IMG/VR virus record: IMGVR_UViG_3300000101_000010
Length of the DNA: 64,000 bases
Reading direction: 5' to 3' (one strand)
From: a virus
A model generated the notes under the pieces. That model had not been told where the DNA came from and made no database searches. It worked only from the letters and a program-made list of their open reading frames with translations. This document shows positions 19,320 to 30,420 of the stretch, one piece after another (position 1 is the stretch's first letter; the number at the start of each line of letters is the position of its first letter). The position numbers were made by a program, and so were the translations under genes.

Positions 19320-20348
19320 ATGGCAGTAATTAAATCACCCTTCCAAGCTCAGTATGGCTTTAAAAGCCCGGGTTTCATAGTCGATGACGTAGGTAATGTA
19401 CAACTTCGTACACTTACATATACAGTTACAGAAGATGTTGTAGATACTGCTGGTGACTTTTTATTCCGTCAAGCTGGTAATAGCTTTACTATTGATGGTA
19501 AAACAGATCCAGATGACGAACCTAACTTATTAGCAAACCCAACGTTTGAATTAACTAGGGGAAGTAGTTATGTTTTTAATTTATTTTTAAGAGAATTAAA
19601 TGAAGCCGGTGATATTACTGGTAACATGACATTGAATTTTTATAGCTTTGATGGATCAGTATACCAACCATATACTTCAGGGCTATCACACACATCTTTA
19701 GATGGTACTACAACTGTAACAGGTATTGACGCTCAAAGTAAGTTTGAAGGTAAATTAACTTTTACTGTACCTGATAACACACCAGCATCATTATGGTATG
19801 GTGATGGCGATCAAATACCATTAGTAGAAATTACAGTTATTGATCCACTAGTTAGTGGTATTGGTAACTTTAGTAGAATTACAACAACAGGCAATTTAAC
19901 AGCCCAAGGCGAAAATGCAGTTATTACACTTGCACCTAGTGGAAGTTCAGGAACAGTAGTTATTAATCCAGCAAACGGTGGAACACTTAGTAACATGGAT
20001 ATTACTGCTAATCTATTAACAGTAAATTCAACTTCAAACTTTACAGGTTTAAATGCAGATGTAAATGTAAGCCCAGCAGGCAATGGTAGATTAACTGTTG
20101 CTCCATCGGGTGGCGGTAATATAGACGGTGTAAACATTGGTTTAACTAAGGCGGCTTCGGTTACCACTAATAACTTAACAGCGACCTCAGGAACAATAAA
20201 TAACACTACAATTGGAGCAGTAACTCCGGCTAATGCAACGTTTGCTACAGCACAAGTACAAGCAAAACCAACATCGGCTACGACAGTTACTAACAAAAAA
20301 TATGTGGACAGCAGGGCATCAGCAATGGCTGTTGCTTTCGGAATGTAG
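19320..20348 (+). CDS. Virion structural protein (tail-fibre associated)
   Basis: LTRG..Y.F...LTFTVP..TP..LWY module, Thr/Asn/Gly-rich stalk and NKKYVD fibre motif near the C-terminus. Confidence 0.6.
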   Translation: MAVIKSPFQAQYGFKSPGFIVDDVGNVQLRTLTYTVTEDVVDTAGDFLFRQAGNSFTIDGKTDPDDEPNLLANPTFELTRGSSYVFNLFLRELNEAGDITGNMTLNFYSFDGSVYQPYTSGLSHTSLDGTTTVTGIDAQSKFEGKLTFTVPDNTPASLWYGDGDQIPLVEITVIDPLVSGIGNFSRITTTGNLTAQGENAVITLAPSGSSGTVVINPANGGTLSNMDITANLLTVNSTSNFTGLNADVNVSPAGNGRLTVAPSGGGNIDGVNIGLTKAASVTTNNLTATSGTINNTTIGAVTPANATFATAQVQAKPTSATTVTNKKYVDSRASAMAVAFGM

Positions 20349-20356
20349 GAAAACAA

Positions 20357-23300
20357 ATGGCAAAGAAAAAAATTGACTCGTATATATTTCAACCAGGTAT
20401 TCCTGTTAGTGAAAATAGATTTCCATATGCATACAAATTAATTAACGATAATACAGACTTTATTGTTGACGAATTATCAGCATGGCTTACTGCACAAGTT
20501 GCGGCAAACACAGGAAATCCGGGTTCAATATGGTACAACTATACATACAACGATGTGCTATGTAGACGTGATACACGATATAACTTACAAGGTACAGACG
20601 GAGTAACAGGTGTACTTTGGGACCTACGTTATGGCGGAAACTATCAAGCACGTTTCTTAGCAAGTAAGTACTGGATCAATTCAACACCACAGATTGATGG
20701 TGATAGAGCTCCTGAAATTGCGGCAAAGAACTTTGTTGTTAGTTTAATTAACAACTACATTTTACCACAGGTTGCTTACACAAGTTTACAAGCAGATCCG
20801 GCTACAACTACACAAGTTTATGATAACGGCAGTAGCTACGAAACAGGTACTGATGCAAGAATAACAGAACTAATGGGTATCATTACAACTGTTATTGCAG
20901 GCGGACTAGATGTTATTCCACCACTAGTGAGATCACAGATTTCAAGTGTTAAGATTCAGACTCGTGTTCCGGCAAATGATTTACTATTAATTACAGATTC
21001 AACAAACAATGAAATTTTATATAACTTTAGTGATCCTGATTTAGGTGCTAGTGTTGCATTCCAAACAGATGATACTTCACAGTTAACTAAAGGTGTTGAA
21101 GAAGACTTTCCAAAGTTCCTTGAAAGAACTGGTACAGTTACTACAATCTTTCTTGCTAAAGATACAGACAACAGAGTTTATTCTCCAAGAGCAGTAGCAC
21201 TATTAGAAGCAAATAAATCGTTTTTACAAAAAGAAACAGTTGCTTGGATTGCAGGCAAAGTTGCGGCAAGTACAAGACAAACTCCATCTGCGGCGGCATA
21301 CAGTCCTGCAAGTGGAAAGTTAGTTTTAACAATGGCGGCGCATGGATATTACAGAGGCGATTATATTAAAATTGCTACAGGTGGATTAACATTTACTTGT
21401 GGATATGACAACCATGCTACTGAACATGCTTATCCAAGAGCAAGTGGAGTGCCTAATGATGTAGGAACAGATCCATTTTATAATAAACCAATTTTAGTTG
21501 AAAGTTCTACTACAGACACAGTTACAGTTAATATTGGTATTTCATCTGATACTTCAGAACATACATTTGTATCAGCAACAACTAACGCAATTTCAGATGT
21601 ATGGTACAACTACACATACAATACTGCTAAGTGTGAAAGAGACATGGGTCTTAATGTTGAAGGTATTACACACGATATTAAATATTCTGGAAATACAAAA
21701 ACACACTTTAATGCTAGTAAGTATTGGGTACAGACTACGCCACAAATTGACGGCGATAGAATGCCAGAAGTTTTAGCAAAACATTTTTGTAGAGATTTAA
21801 TTAACGGTTATATTTTCTCTAACACAGTTTATACAACTGCACAACCAGTTGTAGGTAGAGTTACACAAAATACTATTTTACAAATTAGTGAATTAAATGT
21901 TAGTCAAAGAGTAACAGAATTATTTGCTGTTATTACAAATGTTATTGAACACGGTTTAAGCGTACTTCCAATTAAAGAAGAAGTTAAACAGTTTTACGAT
22001 ACAGATGATGTACAAATATTTATTGACCAGGGTGATGTTATTACTAGACCACATGACTTTGGTACAGATGCTATTGAACGTATGCGTGTTAGTAATTCAG
22101 TATCTATGCTTGATGCTGACTTTGAGTATGGGTTACAGCCTACGAAGTGGCAAGCGATTGCTATGCAAAGAGGATACCCAAGTATTTACGAAGTACCAGG
22201 TACTGATACAGTTGTATCAACAGTTGTAACAGATGCTTCAGCGGGTACAAACGGTGTTGGACAAAGTTTAATTACTGTAACTACAGTTGGTCCACATGGT
22301 ATTGTAGCAGGTACTCCAATTACAATTAAGGCACTAGAAAATAGTGTTGCTGGTGCAAGTAGAGCAGAGGGATCGTTTATTGTTTCAACTGTTCCAACTA
22401 ACAGTACATTTACATTCTTTGCTAAATCAAAAGTTGGCTCAACTAACGGTGAAGTATTATCAACATACTATACGCAGTTAAGACAAGCAGGATTTTATAC
22501 AGGCGCGGCAATTGGTCAACCACAGTTTACTATTTTATCACAGGGTGCGGCAGGTACATGGATTAACCCACTAGCGGCAGAAACAGGGTCAAGTATTGTT
22601 ACTTGGTCAGGAACTGCTCCAGAAGTTGGTGCTCCAGTTATTAATGAAGGCGGCCAAGTAGCAACAGTTGGTACATTTGGTGCCGCAGACGCAAGTAGAA
22701 CAGGCGGAACATATACAGTTTCAACAGCTTTTTCAAACAGTATTGCGGCAGATTTAATTACAGGTACGTATAGTATTGTTGTTAGCGGAACTGGTGAAGT
22801 TACAAGTATTACAATTTTAAATCCAGGTAGAAATAACGCCGCAGGCGATATTCTTACTGTTGTAGACGGTTCATTGGGTGCTGGTGGCGGTGCAGACTTT
22901 ACGTTTGTAGTTGCTAGTATTACACAAGGTGCTGGTATTGGAAGTGGTGCTCAGGTTACAAGTATAACAGGCGGAGTTATTGGTGTATCAGATAACGGTG
23001 GTATTTTAAATACACTTGACGTTAATGGAGATTATCCAATTGGTACAAACGCAATTACTCTTGTTGACGCAACAGGTATTACACAAGGTGAAGCAATTGA
23101 TAGAGGTGACGGAACAGCGATTCATGTTACTACTATTGTAGGTAACACACTTAACTTTGATGGAAATACTACAGGGGCGATTGTTGGTAACACAGTAACA
23201 TACGCAGGAATTACTGGTACTAATTATGAATCAGCAGGTTCAGGTGCAACGTTTAATATTGATAGAGGTAATCCTACTTTAGGACAATACACAGTTGCAA

Positions 23301-26300
23301 TGCAAACATCAGGTATTAACTTTGAAGCAGGTGATGTTCTAGTTGTAGACGGAAACACCTTAGGTGGTACTACAGGTACAAACGATCTTAGAATTACTGT
23401 TGACACTATTGATGTTGGCGGAGTAATTTTAACATACAGCTTTACAGGTGTAGCATTTGATGGTAACGCTGTATTAACTAACGTTACTGGTACTAACATT
23501 AACGGCCTTGGTACAGGACTAATACTTGATGTTACAAGTAGTGCCGGTACATACACAGCCGTAACTGATGATCCAACATTTACAGATTTACCTCCAGAAG
23601 CAGGATCAGGTGGAACTGGAGCAACATGGGATGTTACATTAACTAACAACATTTATAACCCAGTTACTAAAAACGCTGGATCAACAGATACAGGATATAA
23701 CGTAGGTGGAGTTATTAGAATTCCAGGTAACGTTTTTGGCGGTGCAAGTCCAACTAACGATTTAGATATTACAATCTCAGGTGTAGACGGCACAGGTGCA
23801 ATTACATCTTTTACAGAATCAGGCGCAGGTGCAGACGCAGTAGCAAACTTTGCAGGACCTTCATTTACTACAAGTTCAATAGGTACAGGAGCAGAAGTTA
23901 ACGTTGCATTTACAGGTAGCACATACACAGTTAACCCATCAGCACCAGGTTCAGGGTATGCACAAAACGAAACACTTACAATATTAGGTACTGAGTTAGG
24001 TGGAACAAGCCCAACTAACGATGCAACAGTTACTATTGATAGTGTTGGTGGTAGTGGAGAAATTACAGGATTAAGTATTACAGGTACAGCAGTTAATAGT
24101 GCCTCATTTACTAATATTACTTCAGGATATAACGTTCAAGGAACAGGTGCAACATTTAATGTTACACAAAATTCAAACGGAACATATACAGTTTCAATTG
24201 GTAGTACTATTGGACAAGACTATGCTAACAGTTCGACACTTACAATTCTTGGTAATAACGTAGGTGGTCAAAGTCCAGCAAACGATATTACAATTACTAT
24301 TACAGGTGTAGACGCCGCTGGTAGTATTACGAGTATTACAAGTGCAGGTACATCATTAGCACCAACACAAGGTTATGTAGTTGGAGATAGATTAGCTATA
24401 CAAGGAGATGTATTCCCAGGAGGAACAAGTCCACTTAATGATGCACTTATTGAAGTTACATCAGTAAGTACAGGAGTTATTACTGGCTTTACAATTACAG
24501 GTACAGGTCCAACAGCTAACGAAACTTATCCAAGTGTAGCATATACATATCCAACAGGTTCAGGTTCAACAGCAGACTTTAGTATTAGTAAAACAGGTTC
24601 AGTATACGGAGTAACAATTACAAATGCTGGTACAGGATACTTAGCTGGTGAAACATTTGTTGTAGCAGGTAACATATTAGGCGGAGCAACGCCAGCAAAT
24701 GACGCAACAATTACAGTAGCTACTATTGACGTTGGTGGAGAAATCTTAACAGCAACAATAGGTGGTTCAGGTAATGACGAAGTAGTATTCCAAGATGTTA
24801 AACAGAGTGCAAATCAAATTCAAATGCTACAAGGTAGTACTGCAACTTTTGATATTACAATTAGTAATGGAGCATATAGTGGTGTAGTTAATACTCCAGG
24901 TACAGGTTACTTTGATGATCATACAATTTTAGTTCCAGGAACACAACTAGGTGGTACTACACCAGCAAACGATTTAACAATTACTATTGATACAACAGAC
25001 GATAGTGGTACAAGAACTGATGAAGGTTCTGTTGCAACAATTAGTGTTGCAGGTACAGGTCCAAGTGGAGTTGGTGCGTATGTTGATGTTGGTGCTCAAG
25101 CATTAAGTAACACAGGTACAAGTGCATCGTTTTCTATACAAAGAACTGGTAGCAGTTATAGTAATCCAGTATTAGAAGTAGACGGCGAAAACTATCAAGT
25201 TGGTAACAAAATTAAAGTACTAGGTACTGATTTAGGTGGTGCAAGTCCAGCTAATGATGCTTCGATTGTTATATCTGAAGTATCAACAGACGGTAGTATT
25301 GTTGACACAGCTATTACAGGAACAGCAGTTCCAGGTGATGTAACAGTAACTTATGCAACTGTAACAATGTCAGAACCAATAACACAATCAATACCAAGCC
25401 CAACATTAATTGCGTTTGCGGCCTTGGCAACAACTGAAGTTTCGTTTGCATCAGCACACGGATTGATACCAGGTGATGCATTTATTGTTACACAAAACTC
25501 AGATGATGGTACTAACAATCACACATTATTAGAAGGTCCGTTCTTTGCACAACAGGTTCCAACTACAACAAGTTTAAGATACCAATGTAGAGCTCCAGGT
25601 ACTATTACACAAACTGGTGATATTAGTGCTACGCTTTATCCAAGACCAGACTCATTCTTTGTACATAGACCATATGATGGTGGAGTTATGCTTGGTACAG
25701 GTGGACCGCAACACGGTGCTCAAGCAATTAGACAAAGTAAAAAATATATTAGATACCAGTCAGGTAAAGGTATTATGTATACCACTGGTGCATTGTTTGC
25801 TCCAAGTTACGATCTATTAAATGTAACAGCAGACGACTTAGCGGCTGGTAGCTTTATATCAGTTACAACAGATGATGTTGACCACGGACTACAAGTTGGT
25901 GGAGCAATTAGATTAATTGGTATTGAAACACCAGGATATAACGGAAACTATACAGTAGCAAGTATTGTAAGTGAAAGAACATTTAAAGTTATATCACAAA
26001 TTGCTGTTGGTTCGTTAACGCCAATATTAAGTACAAGAGCACAAGTATCGTTGCTTAACTGGCACGGTGCAACTGTGCGTTCAGGTGCATTTGATGATCA
26101 AAACGGAATCTTTATGGAGTATGACGGATCAAACTTTAGTGCTGTACAAAGAACTGCTACACTACAGTTAGCAGGTACAGTTGCAATAGCAGTTGATTCA
26201 AACACTTGTACAGGTTCAGGAACAAGATTTAGAGATCAGCTTAAAGCTGGTGACAGAATTGTTGTTAAAGGAATGACACACGTTGTTTCACAGGTAACGT

Positions 26301-28072
26301 CAGATACTGCAATGACAGTAACACCTGACTTTAGAGGTAACACTAATGCTACAGGTGCTAAACTATGTTTAATTAGTGATAAGAAAACTAAACAAGATGA
26401 CTTTAACAAAGATACACTAGACGGCTTTGGTAGTAGTGGATATATCATGGACATCAGTAAGATGCAGATGATTGGTATTCAGTACAGTTGGTATGGTGCT
26501 GGTTTTATTGACTATATGCTACGTGGTGATGATGGTAACTTTATTTTCTATCACAGAATGCGTAACTCAAACATTAACACAGAAGCATTTATGCGTACTG
26601 GTAACATGCCTGTGCGTTATGAAGTTACTAACGAAGGACCTAATGACAGACTAGCGGCTGACATGGATGCAACACAAACTACAATTCCGTTAATTACAGC
26701 GGCATTCTTCCCAAGCACTGGTACAGTTATTATTGATAACGAAATGATAGCATACACAGGTGTAACAGGAGATACGTTAACTGGTTGTACTAGAAGTGCG
26801 CCACTAACAAACTTTGCGGCTGGTGCAACAAGAACTTATACAGCAGGTGGTGCAGTAACACACAGTGAACGAACTGGTGTAATTTTAATTAGTAATACAA
26901 TTACTCCAATCATATCACACTGGGGATCAGCGTTCTTAACAGACGGTGGCTTTGATGAAGATCGTGGTTATATTTTCTCATACACATCTGCAGGTAACGA
27001 AATTAGTACAACAAGAAATACTGTGTTTATGTTAAGACTAGCACCAAGTGTGTCTAACGCTATTGTTGGCGACTTAGGTGAAAGAGAACTATTAAACAGA
27101 GCCCAGTTACTACTTGAAGGTATTGAAATTACATCAGATGGATTTGATAGTTCAAATAATCCAATTGGCGGAGGTATTGTTGTTGAAGGTATTTTGAATC
27201 CACAAAACTATCCAGTTAACCCAGGAGACGTTGGTTGGTCAGCACTAACAGGTGCGGCGGCTGGTGGACAACCGAGCTTTGCTCAAGTTGCTCCAGGTGG
27301 TTCTGTTGTATGGTCAACTGGTGCAACACAGATTATTAGAAGTGCAACAGTACAAGGTGCAATGACACAAACTGCTGAATTCTTATATGGTAATAGAAAT
27401 AGTAGATACCAATACTTAACACAGTCACAATGGGAAAGTTTAAATGATGAAGTTTCAACAGGTACAACTGTTACAGCTTCAGGTTCTAACAACTACGCAA
27501 GTAATCCAAGAATTATTGACCAAGTATATATGGAGCCATGGTACAGTAGAGTACGTTTAAGATTTAATCAAAATATTCAAGTACAAAGTGCTGACCCAAC
27601 AGTAACATTTAGTATTGGTGGTGCATTAAGTAATGCCAACTACTTGTTCTTTACAAAAACAACATGGGACGCAACAAATGCTATTGCAGGTGACTTGGTT
27701 GAAGATAGTAAGTTCTCAGCGGGTACTGCGGTATCTAATGTGGAAGAATTGAGCTTTGGTACAACGGACTATTACAGAGTAACATTTACACAGAGTGCTA
27801 ACACTACTGTTAATCCAGGTGATACAGTTGGGTTCTTATTTGGACAACCACCGTATGCACAGCCAGGTGAAACAGTATTTTCATTCATTGCTACACCAGG
27901 ACAATCGAGTGCATTGAGTCTTGAAGCATTGAAAGAACTTACAAATACTACACTAGGTGGTAGAGGAACATATCCAAATGGTCCAGACGTACTAGCAATT
28001 AACGTTTATAAGACGGGTGGTACAGATACTACTGCGAACATCATTCTTAGATGGGGTGAAGCTCAGGCTTAA
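20357..28072 (+). CDS. Giant tail fibre / baseplate protein (2571 aa)
   Basis: YNxxxCxRD modules, about 9 tandem ~90-aa GY..G..I.G..LGG..P.ND.TITI repeats, Thr/Gly/Val-rich composition. Confidence 0.8.
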   Translation: MAKKKIDSYIFQPGIPVSENRFPYAYKLINDNTDFIVDELSAWLTAQVAANTGNPGSIWYNYTYNDVLCRRDTRYNLQGTDGVTGVLWDLRYGGNYQARFLASKYWINSTPQIDGDRAPEIAAKNFVVSLINNYILPQVAYTSLQADPATTTQVYDNGSSYETGTDARITELMGIITTVIAGGLDVIPPLVRSQISSVKIQTRVPANDLLLITDSTNNEILYNFSDPDLGASVAFQTDDTSQLTKGVEEDFPKFLERTGTVTTIFLAKDTDNRVYSPRAVALLEANKSFLQKETVAWIAGKVAASTRQTPSAAAYSPASGKLVLTMAAHGYYRGDYIKIATGGLTFTCGYDNHATEHAYPRASGVPNDVGTDPFYNKPILVESSTTDTVTVNIGISSDTSEHTFVSATTNAISDVWYNYTYNTAKCERDMGLNVEGITHDIKYSGNTKTHFNASKYWVQTTPQIDGDRMPEVLAKHFCRDLINGYIFSNTVYTTAQPVVGRVTQNTILQISELNVSQRVTELFAVITNVIEHGLSVLPIKEEVKQFYDTDDVQIFIDQGDVITRPHDFGTDAIERMRVSNSVSMLDADFEYGLQPTKWQAIAMQRGYPSIYEVPGTDTVVSTVVTDASAGTNGVGQSLITVTTVGPHGIVAGTPITIKALENSVAGASRAEGSFIVSTVPTNSTFTFFAKSKVGSTNGEVLSTYYTQLRQAGFYTGAAIGQPQFTILSQGAAGTWINPLAAETGSSIVTWSGTAPEVGAPVINEGGQVATVGTFGAADASRTGGTYTVSTAFSNSIAADLITGTYSIVVSGTGEVTSITILNPGRNNAAGDILTVVDGSLGAGGGADFTFVVASITQGAGIGSGAQVTSITGGVIGVSDNGGILNTLDVNGDYPIGTNAITLVDATGITQGEAIDRGDGTAIHVTTIVGNTLNFDGNTTGAIVGNTVTYAGITGTNYESAGSGATFNIDRGNPTLGQYTVAMQTSGINFEAGDVLVVDGNTLGGTTGTNDLRITVDTIDVGGVILTYSFTGVAFDGNAVLTNVTGTNINGLGTGLILDVTSSAGTYTAVTDDPTFTDLPPEAGSGGTGATWDVTLTNNIYNPVTKNAGSTDTGYNVGGVIRIPGNVFGGASPTNDLDITISGVDGTGAITSFTESGAGADAVANFAGPSFTTSSIGTGAEVNVAFTGSTYTVNPSAPGSGYAQNETLTILGTELGGTSPTNDATVTIDSVGGSGEITGLSITGTAVNSASFTNITSGYNVQGTGATFNVTQNSNGTYTVSIGSTIGQDYANSSTLTILGNNVGGQSPANDITITITGVDAAGSITSITSAGTSLAPTQGYVVGDRLAIQGDVFPGGTSPLNDALIEVTSVSTGVITGFTITGTGPTANETYPSVAYTYPTGSGSTADFSISKTGSVYGVTITNAGTGYLAGETFVVAGNILGGATPANDATITVATIDVGGEILTATIGGSGNDEVVFQDVKQSANQIQMLQGSTATFDITISNGAYSGVVNTPGTGYFDDHTILVPGTQLGGTTPANDLTITIDTTDDSGTRTDEGSVATISVAGTGPSGVGAYVDVGAQALSNTGTSASFSIQRTGSSYSNPVLEVDGENYQVGNKIKVLGTDLGGASPANDASIVISEVSTDGSIVDTAITGTAVPGDVTVTYATVTMSEPITQSIPSPTLIAFAALATTEVSFASAHGLIPGDAFIVTQNSDDGTNNHTLLEGPFFAQQVPTTTSLRYQCRAPGTITQTGDISATLYPRPDSFFVHRPYDGGVMLGTGGPQHGAQAIRQSKKYIRYQSGKGIMYTTGALFAPSYDLLNVTADDLAAGSFISVTTDDVDHGLQVGGAIRLIGIETPGYNGNYTVASIVSERTFKVISQIAVGSLTPILSTRAQVSLLNWHGATVRSGAFDDQNGIFMEYDGSNFSAVQRTATLQLAGTVAIAVDSNTCTGSGTRFRDQLKAGDRIVVKGMTHVVSQVTSDTAMTVTPDFRGNTNATGAKLCLISDKKTKQDDFNKDTLDGFGSSGYIMDISKMQMIGIQYSWYGAGFIDYMLRGDDGNFIFYHRMRNSNINTEAFMRTGNMPVRYEVTNEGPNDRLAADMDATQTTIPLITAAFFPSTGTVIIDNEMIAYTGVTGDTLTGCTRSAPLTNFAAGATRTYTAGGAVTHSERTGVILISNTITPIISHWGSAFLTDGGFDEDRGYIFSYTSAGNEISTTRNTVFMLRLAPSVSNAIVGDLGERELLNRAQLLLEGIEITSDGFDSSNNPIGGGIVVEGILNPQNYPVNPGDVGWSALTGAAAGGQPSFAQVAPGGSVVWSTGATQIIRSATVQGAMTQTAEFLYGNRNSRYQYLTQSQWESLNDEVSTGTTVTASGSNNYASNPRIIDQVYMEPWYSRVRLRFNQNIQVQSADPTVTFSIGGALSNANYLFFTKTTWDATNAIAGDLVEDSKFSAGTAVSNVEELSFGTTDYYRVTFTQSANTTVNPGDTVGFLFGQPPYAQPGETVFSFIATPGQSSALSLEALKELTNTTLGGRGTYPNGPDVLAINVYKTGGTDTTANIILRWGEAQA

Positions 28073-28644
28073 TACACTACGTTGAAAGCAATAGTAGTGC
28101 GTACAACGTTACTACTACTAGGCATTACTGCATGTTTTAAGTAAGAAGGGAACAATAATAGTTTACCCTTTATAGGTTGAAATTCGTATTCTTGACATCC
28201 ATATTTTGCATCCATCCATTGTGCATATTCGACAAACGGATTAGGATTTCTAAAACATAACCCACCAGCATTTTCATTTGCTCTTACCCAGTATACTCCA
28301 GATATTTGGTTCATACCGTGTTCGTGTTCGTTATGTATGTCTCCCTCGTGATAATCTTGTGTCCACCAATTATATTGATTAGCTTCTTTAAGTTGTTTAA
28401 TATGACATGCTTCTTGAAACTTGTTAACACAGTCTTGTATTTCGCCAAACAGTTCTGGTACATCATTCATTAAATGTACTACTTTGTTAGGTTCAAAATA
28501 ATCTGTACCATGCGGAGCATTGTTGTCGGGTCTTGGTATAAGTTTTAAACGTGGTACTACAAATTGTTCAACGTCATCTGCAATACGATCCGGAACATTA
28601 TGTTCTAGTATAGGAACAGAAAATAGCTCTTTAAAGTCCGACAT
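28069..28644 (-). CDS. 2OG-Fe(II) oxygenase-like protein (TIGR02466-type)
   Basis: W...Y..GD.H..HEH..ISGVYW...LLLFPSYLKHAV...RTTIAFN. Confidence 0.75.
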   Translation of the reverse strand: MSDFKELFSVPILEHNVPDRIADDVEQFVVPRLKLIPRPDNNAPHGTDYFEPNKVVHLMNDVPELFGEIQDCVNKFQEACHIKQLKEANQYNWWTQDYHEGDIHNEHEHGMNQISGVYWVRANENAGGLCFRNPNPFVEYAQWMDAKYGCQEYEFQPIKGKLLLFPSYLKHAVMPSSSNVVRTTIAFNVVY

Positions 28645-29227
28645 AATAATTAAGTTTATTTCCTACTTCTTGTAAAACAGTTTCTCTAGGTTGTATATTA
28701 AACGCAATAGTAATACGAGGATCATCTTGTTTCCAATCACTAGTCATATGTTCAACACCTTTGCTGTTAGTAATAACTAACTGTCCGTTTTTGTTTTCAA
28801 CAGCAATTTCTAATGCTTCTTCACCTATGTTGCGATATATAGTTTGCGATGGTTCACATTGTACACCTAAGTACCCGTGGAAACAATTATCATCATCTCC
28901 GTACTCGTGTCCGTGCCAGGTAAGTGTTGTTCCTTGTTTAGGCCAATAATTTAACCAACCAACAATCCAGTACTCTAGACTTTCATCATGCGGAATGTTG
29001 TTTTTAAATTCGTTTCTAATATCACGTTGTAGTTCAAACATACCAGGCATAATACTTGTAAACAAGTTATAGTATTGACTTACTGCCGTTGGAATTGATG
29101 TGTGTTTAGTATCAATTTCTTGATTAGGAATTGCAATCTCGTCTATAATTTGCTTATAAACAAAATTACAATTATGTTTTAATTGACTTAAATTTAGATC
29201 TAACTTACGCCTGTGTATTGGGATCAT
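28631..29227 (-). CDS. 2OG-Fe(II) oxygenase-like protein
   Basis: WLNYW...WHGH...FHGY...EHMTS...RITIAFNI. Likely start MIPIH at 29227 rather than 29293. Confidence 0.6.
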   Translation of the reverse strand: MIPIHRRKLDLNLSQLKHNCNFVYKQIIDEIAIPNQEIDTKHTSIPTAVSQYYNLFTSIMPGMFELQRDIRNEFKNNIPHDESLEYWIVGWLNYWPKQGTTLTWHGHEYGDDDNCFHGYLGVQCEPSQTIYRNIGEEALEIAVENKNGQLVITNSKGVEHMTSDWKQDDPRITIAFNIQPRETVLQEVGNKLNYYVGL

Positions 29228-29618
29228 TAACAATCTCTTGTTGTGGTGGTGGTGGTTGACTATCACCTGGAGCAATACGATAATTATCTTCAATAGAGTC
29301 AGGAGTGCTTACTTCAGTAATACTACTACCGGCTTCTAATGCTTCTAATTGATGCGGCATTAATGGAGGATTTCTCCATGTATCGCCAGAGTTTAAAACT
29401 CTTTCCATTACTAATGCAGTTGATGTATCAATATATCGTAACTTAAATGAACCTGAGTTTACAAACCATGATTCGTCTTTTTCTTTATGAAAGTGCATAC
29501 TAAACTTAGCACCAACTCTATCAAATACCATAATCTTACCACAGTATTGATCGTTAGTGGCCCAAATTAATTCATATCCCCAACCTTTGTCTACTTTACC
29601 ACTATGTCTTGCTGGCAT
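29205..29618 (-). CDS. Cupin, sugar isomerase/epimerase-like
   Basis: KGWGYELIW...FSMHFHKEKDESW...PPLMPHQLEA cupin metal motif. Confidence 0.75.
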   Translation of the reverse strand: MPARHSGKVDKGWGYELIWATNDQYCGKIMVFDRVGAKFSMHFHKEKDESWFVNSGSFKLRYIDTSTALVMERVLNSGDTWRNPPLMPHQLEALEAGSSITEVSTPDSIEDNYRIAPGDSQPPPPQQEIVNDPNTQA

Positions 29619-30420
29619 TTACATACTCCTCAATTGTTCTAAAATTATGAACACCTATACTATTAATTAACTTTTTATTGTGAGAGCAGGTGTAATACTG
29701 GTACTGCCCTTTAAGGTTTTCTGGCATAGGTATTTCTTCAATCTTAGCATTATACTTTTTAGCATACAGTTTAGCAATGTCCATAAATGAACGAGGTGTG
29801 CCTGTACCAACATTCCATATATCTGTATTATCAACATCAATAAACTTTTCAATAATTTCGCATACATCACCAACATGGATAAAATCTCTATCTATTTTAT
29901 CACTACCTTCAAACACTTTTATAACTCCCGTTTCTTTAGCTTGTTTTTCAAACTTACCAAATACACTTTGTTGGTCGCCTTTGTGTTCTTCACCTGGGCC
30001 ATATACATTAAAGAATCTAAATCCTTGTACATTAATCATAAACTCTGGAACTTGCATTACAAATCTATCAAACAAATACTTGCTCCATGCATAACCATTT
30101 TGTGGTTGTAGTTTAGCATTTTCTTCAAACTTGTCACCGTATACACTAGCACTACTAGCATACATAAATGTAGTTCCTTTTTGATCACATAGTTGCAATA
30201 GACGCATTGAAAATTCATAGTTCTGTTCCATAATTTTTTCAACGTCACGTTCAGTAGTGCTACTAATAGCACCTAAATGAATTACTCTATCATAAGGTTC
30301 AGGATCTGGTATAATGTTAGGCTTCCATTCAAAGCCCTCAACATTATGTCCTTTAGATTGTAAGTATGCTCCAAGGTTTTGACCAATAAAGCCTTCATGT
30401 CCTGTAATTAAAATATTCAT
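29602..30420 (-). CDS. hldD: ADP-L-glycero-D-manno-heptose 6-epimerase (extended SDR)
   Basis: ITGHEGFIG, YASSASVYG, YAWSK (YxxxK), RFFNVYGPGEEHKG, RDFIHV; adjacent to hldE. Confidence 0.82.
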   Translation of the reverse strand: MNILITGHEGFIGQNLGAYLQSKGHNVEGFEWKPNIIPDPEPYDRVIHLGAISSTTERDVEKIMEQNYEFSMRLLQLCDQKGTTFMYASSASVYGDKFEENAKLQPQNGYAWSKYLFDRFVMQVPEFMINVQGFRFFNVYGPGEEHKGDQQSVFGKFEKQAKETGVIKVFEGSDKIDRDFIHVGDVCEIIEKFIDVDNTDIWNVGTGTPRSFMDIAKLYAKKYNAKIEEIPMPENLKGQYQYYTCSHNKKLINSIGVHNFRTIEEYVNASKT

